Positions 24,307 to 36,188 of a DNA stretch of 64,000 nucleotides are shown piece by piece (the first letter of the stretch is position 1; every line of letters begins with the position of its first letter). Origin of the DNA: Neodothiora populina (taxonomy: Eukaryota); assembly GCF_041146345.1 (NCBI RefSeq), contig NW_027191409.1, positions 1,302,001-1,366,000 on the forward strand, given 5' to 3'. The position numbers and the translations under genes are program-made. The notes beneath the pieces were generated by a model. That model searched no databases and was not told where the DNA came from. It worked only from the letters and a program-made list of their open reading frames with translations.

Positions 24307-24735
24307 AGAATACATATACGACCTTGTCTTCTCGTGAAATCACGAGAATACGAATTTACAAGACTTTAGTGAAGATACTTTCAGACTTTCTTCAAAAGTA
24401 GCTTTCTTTGTAGGGATATCTTAGGCGATATATACTTGTAGGGCACCTAGTACAGTACATGCGAGGACGCTAGTCGCCAAAGAACATCGGATATGGTGGT
24501 CTGTGAGTCGTCCCGAGTCCGAGGCAACCATCCACAGCCACGGTCTACAGTACATTCACCTCATGACACCCTCAGAAGCCTCCTCTAGCATTGGTCACCG
24601 AAAGTGGGTGATACTTCAAAAGGCCAAGTATCATGAGGTAAAATCTGCTGATCTCGTTCATTTTTCCCCTCACCTCGCTACAAAGGGAGAAAAAAAAACC
24701 TTCTTCTCATAACATAAAACCCGAACTCTATATAA

Positions 24736-26749
24736 ATGAAGAATGAGAAGTATGAGGATGTGCCTGTGCAAGTGCTGCTGCGCTCACGGCAAAGACATCC
24801 TTACTACAAATCCGCAGTCTTGACTGCTGTGATATTTGCAATTGCCATATCTGCCATGACGATGGTATACTCTCCGCACATAGTATGGACGGCTCTTCTA
24901 CCTACAGTCATCACCACGTTGGTGGGCAGCACGGATGCTACACCGCTCGCCCTGGGTTCTTCTTCTGTAGAATCGACAGGCAACTTCTACCCTTCCAACC
25001 CGGAACAATACAGTCAAGGCGGTCAGCACGGCGCTGTCGCTTCCGAGTCTGCGATATGTAGTCTGATCGGTCGGGACCTTTTGCTTCAGGGAGGTAATGC
25101 TGCAGATGCCCTGGTTGGCACGACGTTCTGCGTTGGTACGACAGGCATGTATCACAGTGGTATTGGTGGAGGAGGCTTCATGCTGGTGAGGGGACCGGAT
25201 GGACAGTACGAGAATATCGACTTCAGAGAGACTGCGCCCGCAGCAGCTTTCCGTGATATGTATCAGAATGATACTCTCAGCAGTATTTTTGGCGGTCTTG
25301 CTAGGTGAAACTCATTCTCATCATTGCTGTCAGAGAGATATTCAATGCTTACAACATTCCAGTGGTGTACCTGGCGAAGTAGCAGGTCTAGCTTACCTGC
25401 ACGAAAAGTATGGCAAGTTGCCGTGGAAGCAAGTGATGCAGGGTGCGATCGAGATTGCCCGTGATGGCTTCCCAGTCACTGCAGATTTGGTCCGATATAT
25501 GGCAGCAGCAACCGCTGGTGAGAAGGAAAGCTTTCTCGTCACCGACCCCCAGTGGGCCATCGATTTCGCCCCCAACGGTACCCTGCTCGGGCTGAACGAT
25601 ACGATAACGCGCAAACGCTTAGCAAACACGCTCGAGACGATTGCAAACGAAGGTGCTTCCGTGTTTTATAAAGGCGAAATGGCAGCCCAGATGGTGGCCG
25701 CCGTCCGAGCTGCGAATGGAACCATGACGATGAGCGACATGTCCAACTACAGCATCATCTCGCGAGAAGCAGCGCACACGGCCTACAGGAACTACACCCT
25801 TCACTCCGTCTCCGCACCCGCCTCAGGCACCGTGGCACTGAGCATCCTCAAGATCCTAGAAGGATACTCAGACATGGGTGCTCCAGGATCCGCGAACATC
25901 AGCACGCATCGTCTCACAGAAGCGATGCGTTTCGCGTATGGTCAGCGAACAGAACTAGGAGACCCGAGCTTCGTGCCGCACATGTCCAGCTACGAAGACA
26001 GCATGCTGGATCCCGCCACAGCAGCTCACATCCGCAAGCACGGCATCTCCGACACGACATCCTTCCCACCATCACACTACAACCCATCTGGCTTCGAAAA
26101 CCCAGACTCGCACGGCACCTCGCACGTCGTAACAGCCGACGGATCCGGGCTCGCAATCTCCATGACGACAACGATCAATCTCCTCTTCGGCTCGCGCGTC
26201 ATGGTGCCCGAAACAGGCGTGATAATGAACAACGAAATGGACGACTTCAGCATCCCGGGCCGCAAAAACGCCTTCGGCTTCGTGCCGTCTCCGAACAACT
26301 ACATCGCGCCCTTCAAGCGGCCCCTGTCGTCCATCGCATGCACCATCGTCGAAGACTCGGCCACGCGCGAGTTGCGCTTCGTCAGCGGCGCCGCGGGCGG
26401 GAGCAGGATCATATCGTCGACGCTGCAGACTCTGTGGGCGGTGCTGGACCGCGGCTTCGATAGCGCCCAGGCGCTGGCTATGCCGCGGCTTCATGACCAA
26501 TTGGTCCCCGACACGGTCACGTTCGAGTGGCTGTTCGATAATGCGACGGTGGCGTCCATGGCCGCCAAGGCGCACAACGTCACCTGGGTCGGACCGGGGG
26601 GAAGCAGCGCGCAGTGTCTGAGGAACGTCTCGCTGCCCGGGTATCGGTACTCGCTTAGTGGTGTTGAGCTGGACGAGATCTCTGGGACGTGGGGCTTCGA
26701 GGCTGCTAGTGAGCCGAGACAGATGGCTTCGGGGGCGTATGTCGTTTGA
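24736..26749 (+). CDS. ggt: Gamma-glutamyltranspeptidase; exons 24736-25304 and 25363-26749
   Basis: GAVASES...GGNAADA...SGIGGGGFMLV...IDFRETAP. Intron 25305-25362 gives GGLASGVPGE. Catalytic Thr in HGTSHVVTAD; also NNEMDDFS, PFKRPLSS, GAAGGSRI and PRLHDQL. Confidence 0.96.
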
Positions 26750-27217
26750 TTGGTGAGTTTGAATAGATGGATGGGATGGGTAAATGGCCAGATAGATGAC
26801 TACTACACATATAAATATGTCCAAGGTAGATAGGGATTCCTTGGTCTTGCTTGATCACTACTGCAGCGTCTTCATTTTCGTCGTATCTTTCTGGACTTAT
26901 ATATGTTTCGTGCCGTCAATAGCAGCAGTAGTACTTTGTTTGCACTCTTATTGAATTCATTCATCCTTGTGTCTCTACAACTTCGTGTTGCTTTCTGCAA
27001 CGGAATTCGTACGTCTGCACACTTGAATTGTGCTGCCTTTTTTTTTTGTATTCGGCTATCTACCTGTACTTCGTACCCGAGGCTTTGCTTCAGGTCAAGG
27101 CAAGGCAGGAAGCACCTGGGCGAGACAACAAGTCAGGCTGCAAAGCAAGCGGGGGCCGAATACTCGTTGCCTTGCAAAGAATTCAAGATAGTGGGAAAGT
27201 AAGAAAGGTGCAACTTC

Positions 27218-29831
27218 TCAGCCCCAATTGAACAAAACCTGCTGCTTGCCCTTGCGGCCCTTGACCTTCTTTCCCACACCATCCTCTTCAGCATGACCAG
27301 CGGGACTGACGGCACCGCTCGACGAAGAAGCCCCCGCAGCACTGCCGCTCCACGGACTCGCGCCCGTCGGCGCAGCGTTGTTTAGTCTCCTGACGCCCGC
27401 ACCGGTATATCCGGGCGAGAAGACGGTAGACGTCGGTTTCGCGGCCTTGGGCAGGGCGGGGAAGGCGTCTTTGCGCGGCGGGGCGAGGGTCGCTGCGCTG
27501 CCTGTTCGGCTGATGGGCGGCGAGGGGCGGGCGCTGGCGGGCGCGGATTGCAGCCAGTTGGGGGTCGGGGCGGGACTCGCGCGGCCGGAGGAGGAGGAGG
27601 TGGTGGTCGTGCCGCTCATGCGCGCGGCGATTGCTGATGCGGAGTTTTTAGAGGACGAGGACAGCGGGGGGAACATGGGGCCTGCGGCTGCCGTGCCCCA
27701 GCCTGCGTTCTTGCCGACGGCTGATTGCGAGGACTTTTGAGTTGACGATTTCAGTTTCAGCACGCGGTTGATGCCGACCGAGTGGCCTAGCACGCTGGCG
27801 GCTGTGGGGATGCCGCCTGATGAGGAGGGACCGCCTGTGGTCGATGGCATGGGGAGAGAGGGGTAGTCTTCGTTGATGGCTTTCCAGTTGCCCCACGCTT
27901 TCAGGAGGGCGTCGCGCTTGGCCGGTAGTTCGAAGATGTCGGCGAGCTCTTTGACCAGCTTGCCCAGCTCGGCCGAGGAAGTGTCGAAGAGCACGAAGAA
28001 GGCGTCGATGAGCTGGTCGGCTGTCAGCTGTGATTGGCGGTAGGCCGAGACCTTTGCGCGGAACTCGGCGAGCTTGGACTGGTCATTGCGGACGAGGTTG
28101 GCGGCTCGCTCGGTGACGGCGTTGTGGCGCAGGCGGCGAGCTTGCTCTTGAGGAGATAGGTTGGCCAGTGATGGATCGGGAGAGGCGGTGCGGGGAGTAT
28201 TGCTCGAAGACGGAGGCTGTGACGACATGGAATTGACCGCTTCTCCGAGTGCGGGAAAGGGGTTCGGTGCGGGACGTTGCACGGTGACGGCAGGAGGATC
28301 TCGTGCGTGGGCGGGAGCCCGCGCGGCGAGGACTTCTGAAGGAGCGGGCTGGGTGAGAGAGCCGCCGAAATTGCGAGTGGTGACAGACTGTGCGGACTGG
28401 ATGGCCATCTGGCGCTGGTAGGCAAGCTCGTCGCGGCGCATGGGCTGGGCCGAGGAGGCTGGGATGGGTTCAGCGTTGGGATCTCGGCCTCTGCCGCGGT
28501 TTCTCTCTCTCCTCTGCGGACGCTCTTCCTGGTGCGGCTGGCGATAGTCAAAGCCCGAGATGTCGACGCGACGCGCGTCTCTTCTCGCGTCCTTGGTCAG
28601 ACCGTTGGGGTGGGCCTCCAGCTGATGTGCCTTGAGGTCCATCTCCGAGTCGAAGACGACAAACTTCTTCTCCAGACACTCCTGGTCAGGACACACAAAG
28701 TGGTCCTTGCGGAAGTGCACCTCGAGAGCGTTGTAGTCGAGATAGTACTGGGGCTGGCGTCCACCGTTTCTCCGGTCGCAGATATGGCAGCGCTCGTGGC
28801 GGTCACGACAATGTGCGTAGAGCTCGTCGTCGCCGTAGAAGCGCTGTCGACAGAAACCACACTCCGGATGACCCTTGAAGCCAGACTGATCGACGGCGCC
28901 GGGGTTATCGTCGCCGTACTTTTCGTGCTTGCGGAGCTCTTCCTTGGTGAAGAGTTCGTGCTCGTGAGTGAAGACCTTTTTGTTTCGCGTACACAGGTCG
29001 CACATGGACTTGTGGTGGACACTTTTGACGTGTCTGTGGAGATCGGGCCATCCCAGACAGGCAACGTCACACGAGGGGTCGGGGCAGTTGTATCGCAGCA
29101 GAAGCACGGTGTCCTCGAAGATGTCGGGGTTCTCGTACTGGATGCCGAGGTTTGTGTCGGACTGGAAGAAATCCGATGAGGTGTAGTCTTGGAATCGCTT
29201 GGTGGCATCGTCGGTGAAGATGACCGTCTGGGCTTCCGACTGTGTGGCAGATTAGTGATGGATATGCAGGGGAGAAAAAGAAGAAGAAGTGCCTTACTCT
29301 GCAGTGAGCGCAAGCCTTGGTCTTGTACAGCGCGCGTAGTCTCAAGGCACAGATGTGACAAGTGCGGTGGTTGCAGGGAGCGACGCTGTTGTGGACGACG
29401 GGCGAGGCGCAGATGAAGCAGACCTCGGCCTCGACATCGTCTCCGTCTTGTTGTGCCTTGTTCTCGCCGGCGCCGTCGACATTCGTTGCACCCAGCATTC
29501 TGGCCTTTCCGGGAGCCATGGCGACTCCTGCCTCGTTGGCGCTCGGCGGTTGGTTCTCTGCGCGGGGGCTTTGTTTTCCTGTTCCTCCTCCTCCTCCTCC
29601 TCCTCCTCGTGCACGCCCTCTGCCTCTGTTTCCTCCCTCGCCCCTCTGCCGCTTCTCGCCTGCTTCCCGCTGCTCCTCGCCATTCCTGGTGGGCTTGTTC
29701 CCTCCTCTGCCACCTCTGCCACCTCTGCCACGGCCATTTCTACCACGATTGTTGCTGCTGCTGCTGCTGCTGCTGCCGCCGCCGTTGCCTTCGGAAGGGG
29801 CTTGTGCTGGCGCTGTCGACGAGTCTGCCAT
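27218..29831 (-). CDS. HEL2: RING plus C2H2 E3 ubiquitin ligase for ribosome quality control (Hel2/ZNF598 family); exons 29831-29298 and 29239-27218
   Basis: RING CFICA...PCNHRTCHICALRLRALYKTKACAHCR. Intron 29297-29240 continues SEAQTVIFTD. C2H2 array including FKGHPECGFCRQRFYGDDELYAHCRDRHERCHIC. AFPAL motifs and a KGKQQVLF terminus. Confidence 0.93.
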
Positions 29832-30202
29832 TGTGGCTGGATAGAGTATGGTAGGTGTATTATCGTGTCCAATGAAGTGGGCGCGGCGTGCGCTGTCTCA
29901 TGTAGAGTAGTGGTGGCTGGCTGTACCGGGAGACAGAATGAGCTTGAGCGGGCCGAGAGGGAGAGTCGATCCCAGCGGACGTCAGGATTGGAGACAGAGA
30001 GTATGGCGTGTACGTGTGGAATATGGTGTTGTGTAACAGCTCGAGGTAGAGATACAGTACTGTACAGGCAGTGGGTGGGAGCAATAATTCCACAGACAAT
30101 TCAATCAGGCAGTCACAGCGCAGTACGGGCAGGCGTTACATAAGGCAGCCATACGATCAGAATAGACAATTAAAGGTAATGTAACCAAGGTGTAGTGGGG
30201 GT

Positions 30203-30244
30203 TTGCATCTGCATTTGCATTTGCATTTGCATTTGCATTTGCAT
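30203..30244. repeat. Hexanucleotide microsatellite (TTGCAT), about 7 copies
   Basis: Read directly, in the divergent HEL2/small-ORF intergenic region. Confidence 0.9.
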
Positions 30245-30474
30245 ATGACGGCATCTGCACCCGAACTGCCTTTTCTTTCTGCATCCGTGCGTTGGAAATG
30301 ATGAATCATGGCCATGATTGGTTGAAGTCACTGTTTTACATTTAGGGAGACAAAGAACGGACAGGGTCGGTCCTCTCATCGGACAGCTGTTTATCCCTCC
30401 ACGCCGCCCCCTCGTCCTGGCACATACAGTAATTGGTGGCAGCAGCAATCCTCTCTCCCTCCACCCCCTGAATC

Positions 30475-30792
30475 ATGTCTTCATCCCAATCACCCATCCG
30501 CCCTCTCGCATTCGCCACCCCGCAGCTCCCCTATCCTCGCCGACGCACCTTCGCAACCTCGCTCAACCCTCTGCAAAAGGTCTCGGGTAATTACAACCGC
30601 CCTCCAGTGCGCAAATCTAGAGCGACCGGCTCCAGGCTCCCCGTCTACTCTCTGATCTTCATCTTCGTCGCCGGCACAGCAGCGTTCAACATCCTCGCCC
30701 GATCCCGCCAAGGTCAAGGCCAGTCCCACTACGTGCTGCCGACCCGCGACACCCAGGAAAACCGCGACGACTGGTTGAAGAAGTCGTCCTAG
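30475..30792 (+). CDS. Small (105 aa) putative single-pass mitochondrial membrane protein directly upstream of URA6
   Basis: ATG in AATCATG context. Ser/Arg-rich N-terminus without acidic residues, containing RRRTFATS. One hydrophobic segment LPVYSLIFIFVAGTAAFNIL followed by ARSR. C-rich third codon positions like the neighbouring real genes. Confidence 0.7.
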   Translation: MSSSQSPIRPLAFATPQLPYPRRRTFATSLNPLQKVSGNYNRPPVRKSRATGSRLPVYSLIFIFVAGTAAFNILARSRQGQGQSHYVLPTRDTQENRDDWLKKSS

Positions 30793-30800
30793 GGCAGCCC

Positions 30801-30855
30801 CAGCACAGCCCAGCACAGCCCAGCACAGCACAGCACAGCACAGCACAGCACAGCA
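30801..30855 (+). repeat. Pentanucleotide microsatellite (CAGCA/CAGCC) x11
   Basis: Read directly. It fills most of the 98-nt gap between the small ORF stop and the URA6 ATG. Confidence 0.92.
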
Positions 30856-30890
30856 CCAACAACAAAAACAAACCCAAACCCAGTCAAATC

Positions 30891-31544
30891 ATGCCTGCAG
30901 TCTCCCTCCCCGAGCGCTCCGAGCCTCTGTTCTCGTCCTCGCCGTCCGCCGCGAACCACGCCCTCGTGCTCTTCGTGCTCGGCGGCCCCGGAGCAGGCAA
31001 AGGCACGCAGTGCGCCAACCTCGTGCGCGACTACGGCTTCAAGCACCTGTCAGCGGGCGACCTGCTGCGCGAGGAACAAGACCGACCCGGCAGCGAGTTC
31101 GGCGATTTGATCCGCGATTACATCAAGAACGGGCAGATAGTGCCTCAGGAAGTGACGATCCAGCTGCTGGAGAACGCGATGAAGAGCTCGGTCGACAAGG
31201 AGAACAAGCGCAAGTTTCTCATCGATGGCTTTCCTCGCAAGATGGACCAGGCGCTCAAGTTCGAGGAGATCGTGTGTCGCTCGTCGTTTACCCTTTTCTT
31301 TGATTGTCCTGAGGACACGATGCAGCAGAGACTGCTCAAGAGAGGCGAGACTAGTGGGCGCGCGGATGATAATGCCGAGTCGATCAAGAAGCGCTTCAAG
31401 ACTTTTGTTGATACAAGCATGCCCGTAGTCAATATGTTTGAGGAGCAGGGAAGGGTCGTCAAGATTGATGCTACCAAGTCGCCTGAGGAGGTCTACAAGT
31501 CTGTCCAGGAGAAGATTGAGGCCAGGGGTGTCAAGTCTGATTAG
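30891..31544 (+). CDS. URA6: Uridylate (UMP-CMP) kinase
   Basis: P-loop VLGGPGAGKGTQC, HLSAGDLLREEQ, GQIVP, FLIDGFPRKMDQA, RGETSGRADDNAESIKKRF. Confidence 0.96.
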   Translation: MPAVSLPERSEPLFSSSPSAANHALVLFVLGGPGAGKGTQCANLVRDYGFKHLSAGDLLREEQDRPGSEFGDLIRDYIKNGQIVPQEVTIQLLENAMKSSVDKENKRKFLIDGFPRKMDQALKFEEIVCRSSFTLFFDCPEDTMQQRLLKRGETSGRADDNAESIKKRFKTFVDTSMPVVNMFEEQGRVVKIDATKSPEEVYKSVQEKIEARGVKSD

Positions 31545-32363
31545 TCTCTCTCTTCCTTGTCCTTCTGCGTTGTCGGTATAGAAACCTATAGAAAAGAAAA
31601 GAAGATGGAAAGAAGACTATGGAGCAGTGTTGAATTGATTAGTAGACCGTCAATATCACTGGTTGACGACTTTGTCTCATTATCCTATACATGCCCCATC
31701 TCAAGTCTCTCTTTCGCCGTACAACATGTCCAACCTGTCATTACTGATCCCGCAATCCGACTCCCTTTATTACCCTTGAGCCTTCCATTCCCTCCATGAC
31801 TTTTATCCAATATCCGGCAAAGCGATGATCAATGTCAAATGCATGCATCGCTTTCCCATATCCTATTCCCCACCAGCGCGGCATACGACTGGATGCACTT
31901 TGCTGTACCCTGCATCAAGACGACTCGACCCACAGCATGAGTCAAAGACTGCATCTTCCTCTTTCAACCAACTTTAGCAGCTAACATCTCCTTGCTGAGA
32001 CGACACTCTCGAGGGTCACGCATCGATGTGATGCCCCCACGAACAGTATTCTAGTCTCTTCCTCGTAGGCCCTCTGCATGACCTCTGGTGCGTCTTGTTT
32101 GATGCGCGACTCCATGTAATTGGCTGGAGCTCGAGCAGAGTAGCCGATTGCTCTCTGTCCGCCTTCTCAGCTTTCGTCGTGGCTAATCCATTAGCTTCGA
32201 ACCTAGACGTCTTATATTTGCCGAGGACAAAAGTTGAGCGGCGGTGAGTAGCTTCGTCCGATCGCCACAAGGCTTAGCCGTGCCATTCTCGGATCTTTTA
32301 TCGCTGCGCAAATGCCTCAACCCACCAGTGTAGGCTTCTTGCGTTCTGCTACAAAGAGCCCTG

Positions 32364-34146
32364 TCATGGCTCTGAGGGCGTCACATGGATCTGCCAGTAC
32401 TTCTGATACAGCTCCGGCATCCTCGCGTCCAATTCCTTGCTCGAGCCGTGCTCCTTGTACACCGGATGTGTCACGGGTTGCGCCAACAGCCCAGCCTTTA
32501 CCCCTGTTCGTTGGTACTGAAGGAACTCCTCGGCAACTTTGACGTATACCTCGACGCCTTCTCTGACGGGTATCGTCGAGCCTGTCGTCCAGCTCAGTAG
32601 CATGGGCTCTATCAGTGGCGCGTCTGTCACCGAAGGGTGTGATGTGCCCACTGTAGTGCTTTGTTAGTGATTGGACATACGATACCAATAAAGCTGTTTT
32701 TTGGCAATACTTACATGAAGTCATGAACCACGCAGCATGGCCACGTTTGTTGACGCCCTCTGCTCGCTCTTTCACGACGTCAAAATGTGGTCGCCCTTCA
32801 AATATGGAATATCTCGACGACCAAGAGTTGGAATGTATAATCAGACACGGTACATCAATGTCCGTATTCAACGGTCCTGAACTTTTGCCACTATATGATC
32901 ATTAGTAAGTGAAGAACAAGATGCGAAATCGAGAAGAAGCGTACGGGTCAAGGATGATAGCTCCACCGACCGGGAGTCCTTTGTGTGGAGCGCCCTTGAG
33001 CGACTTGAGCTGTAATCTCGTCAGTACTGAACCGCCCAAAGCAAAGGCAACAGAAACTCACCACACCTGTGGCACCGTAGCTGTGACCTGCTAGAGTAAT
33101 ACTGTTCATGCACAAGCGTCCCCGCCATCTGCCAAAGTCGCTGCCCTCTTTGCGAGGATTGAACTCGAAGATCTCGGCACCATCTCCCGCATTAATGGTC
33201 TGAAGTACCCTAACAGTCTCTAGAATCTCTGCGTGACGAAAAGAAATCTGAGCATCTTTCAATGCGAGTATATCAAAAGAAGGATCATGTCTATCTCATA
33301 TCAGCAAATTGCATATCACCACGAACACGCGCCCACATACTGCAGATCTTCAAGGCCGAAATGTAATCTTGGCTTCTCACTGCCGTCAAGGTCCATGATC
33401 ATGCTTCCGGGACTGCTGCCATCTCGATGTTCAATAGCGGCCACGACGTATCCTCGGCTCGCAAGCTCACCGCAAAACGCCGAATACTGGGTACGCGAAC
33501 TTGCCATGCCGTGGGAGAAGACAATCACAGGGAAGCCATTGGTGCCTTCTTCCAGTTTGCCCTCATTGACGAAGGTCGATTGCAGGCTTGGGGGAGAGTC
33601 GAAAAGTGGAGCATCCACCGCTGCAGGAATAGTAGTTCCGCCCGCCAAAGTCCACAGGCCCAGGGTAAATATCTTAGTGATAAAAGCACTGTTGATTCTC
33701 GCGAACTTTGCGTAACCTTCGGATGTAAGTGTGATGGGCTTGGGTACCCATAGATGCCTTTCTTTCGGTGGCTTTATGCTGCTCGCAGCCGGATAGTAGA
33801 GACTGAATAACACTGTCTCGAGCTGTCATGGTGGGAGATTTCAGCCTGGCGAACATAATTGTTCGAATCAAGGTAGCAGGCTGCTACAAGGGAAATCGCA
33901 TTGTCGTACCTCAAAGGCTGGCTTGCCATCTTTAAATCTGACATCATGTATCAATCGAGCATCGACCGGACTCTCAACATCCACCGTGCCAACCGAGTAT
34001 GGTCCAGTATAATCCGGCAGATTCGACGAGAGCAAAGGCATCCCCAATAGATAACAATAAGAAATGTAAATTGCACACAACGAGAAAAAGATATACTTGA
34101 GGGTCAGGCGAGGACGAAGTATGCGAGGCAAGCGACGATTCATCAC
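32364..34146 (-). CDS. Platelet-activating-factor acetylhydrolase family (alpha/beta hydrolase) with N-terminal TM; exons 34146-33910, 33822-33341, 33290-33062, 33009-32945, 32890-32715, 32650-32364
   Basis: LPDYTGPYSVGTVDVE, LFSLYYP, FPVIVFSHGMASSRTQYS...LASRGYVVAAIEHRDGS, nucleophile GHSYG, LDPG and GTSHPSVTDAP. Five GT-AG introns of 50-87 nt all keep the frame. Confidence 0.9.
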
Positions 34147-35215
34147 GGGCCAACGATTGTTTGACTTGTGGAGAATAGTAAAAGAATTAGAGCGACTATA
34201 CGACAGGCCAGGTACGCGATATTGCGCGTTCGATAGGAGTGTCCGGAAAGTCAGATCTCTGGGTGGTGGTTCATCCGAGAGGTGCCGCCCAGTAGACCAT
34301 ACCGTAAGCTTGGCTGTACGGTCCGAAGCTGACGTCGACGATTACATCTGCGCGGATGTCTTGTTCATCTATTCCGCGGACAGGTAAACTTACCTCGAGA
34401 CAATTTGAGCCCAGCGTACTACAATGCTTAAATGCGAGGGACCACATGCGCGTGACAAATACTGCATTCCATGCTTCGATGTCTGAGAGGTTCTGCCCAA
34501 TTTATATATGATCCGATTGCCTCTTTGGATGGATGCATGTGAAGTGGGGGAAGCCCGCTGTCAACTGGGGACTATTGTAGATAAGGTAAGGCGCTTTACG
34601 TGAGTTGGCCCCCTCTCAGACCGCTCAAGTGGGTCAGTGCTGTTGCTCGGAACGTCTCGAGCTAAAGTAGTAGTTTGATGGTAAAGAAATGCTACCATGC
34701 ATGAAGGGTAGCTTGTGTATGTAATTCAGTACATGATATGTCTAGCACACTACTCCAAATTTTGGTCACGTCCAGATCAGGGTAAAGAACGACTTGCTTG
34801 CCGGTTTTCTTGAATGGAGCTTCGGACTTTCGCTCGGCTAATTGTTTGATTTATATGTATGCTGTTCACTACTGGAAGAATGATTGATAAACATCACCCT
34901 CGCATGCATTCCATGTGCTGCAGACCTCGTATGCCACGCATCACAGCTGCGTGATATCAGCGAAACACCCTTTCGGCCAAACACCTGTTAGCGTTGCTGG
35001 TGATCATTGCGAGATATTGCAAAGTTGACGCATGCTCAGCAAGGATCTCGCGATTCGGAAGTGCACGGATATATCTTCGGTCTGATATGTAGCTCCTTTG
35101 TTCCATTCACCAGGCTGACAAAATGTTCTTCTCAAGTCATGGGAGCAAAGAAGTCGTGGTTGATCAGGATTCAGAATAGGAACAAGTCGGAAAAAGGAGG
35201 AGACTGACGACTACC

Positions 35216-36188
35216 TCATAATTTACTTCCAGCGCTCTCCGCCGTGCGAACAGTGGCGGTTCTTTTTGCCAGATTCCTTGACGATTCAACGATCATGACA
35301 ACGTGATTACTAGAGGCGACTAGATCCCCTGCTTGATCCATGACTGTCACCTCAAGATCGTATCTGCCTCCCTTGATCACCTTGGCTCTCGTCCTGAGGA
35401 ACAGCCACTTCACACCGTCGTCTGGCAACAACTTCTTGACATCTAGATTGAGCAGTACGGTTGGGTACCAATTGAACCCATCTGTCCAATCTGTTTTATA
35501 GGACTCGATAATTTGAGGGAAAATGTCAACGACAAGACCTAGCATATCGTTCGTCCAGTGCTCGCCTGATGTCAGAGTCATCCACTGGTCTATGATGGAG
35601 TGATATGCTTGGCCTGCTCGGGGATGAAACAGGCGTATGTTCTTTGCTGCTTTCCTGAAGTCGGAAAAAGGGGCTGCTCGCTCAAACCACATACTATCTC
35701 GGCCTTGGTCGAGCATCTCGAAAGACTCTGGCATTGGCGAAGGTGCAGGATGTAAGGACCAATTCGTTGGATACGAAAGTCCATTCTCAGTGGCTAGATT
35801 AGTATTTGTGATGTAGGCTACCACTTCTTCACGGCCAGCCTGAGAAAGTGTAACATGGACAGTCGAGTTTGCGCGACCGATTTTGACATGTTTGACAGTG
35901 AAATTTGCTGGGCCGGTCTGTGTACGACGGAGGAAGGTAATATGCATTGCCAAGGTATGAGGTTGGTTTTGCTGCTTCAGTGTTGTCGAGAAGTGGAGCA
36001 GCACTACTTTCTGAATCGCAGTAGCGACGAAGCCGCCATTGGGAACTTTGCGAGATCAGCTTGAGCAGTAGACACAAAGTATCGCAATATAGCTCACCTG
36101 AACCTACACACCACTGAGGTGGGAAGTTGGCGCTGTATGTATGAGAGGAGGTGGCCTCCACCTTGGTGTCTTCGCTTAATAAGTACAT
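35216..36188 (-). CDS. Thioesterase-like (double hot-dog) protein with C-terminal PTS1; exons 36188-36098 and 36045-35216
   Basis: WCVGS-VPNGGFV after intron 36097-36046; HITFLRRTQTGPA; WYPTVLLNLDVKKLLP...GRYDLEVTVMDQAGDLVASSNHV; ends in -SKL. Confidence 0.88.

Noticed and set aside
29585..29782. Trinucleotide runs in HEL2 (poly-Gly, poly-Ser); also the poly-Glu run near 9925-9951
   Set aside because: Ordinary coding microsatellites in disordered regions.
30801..30855. Repeat tract as a CRISPR-like array
   Set aside because: Simple 5-nt tandem microsatellite with no spacers, in a eukaryotic context with no cas genes.
34373..34380. TCCGCGGA (PDRE-like) upstream of the PAF-AH gene
   Set aside because: A single 8-mer, and not upstream of the ABC transporter where it would be expected; compatible with chance.
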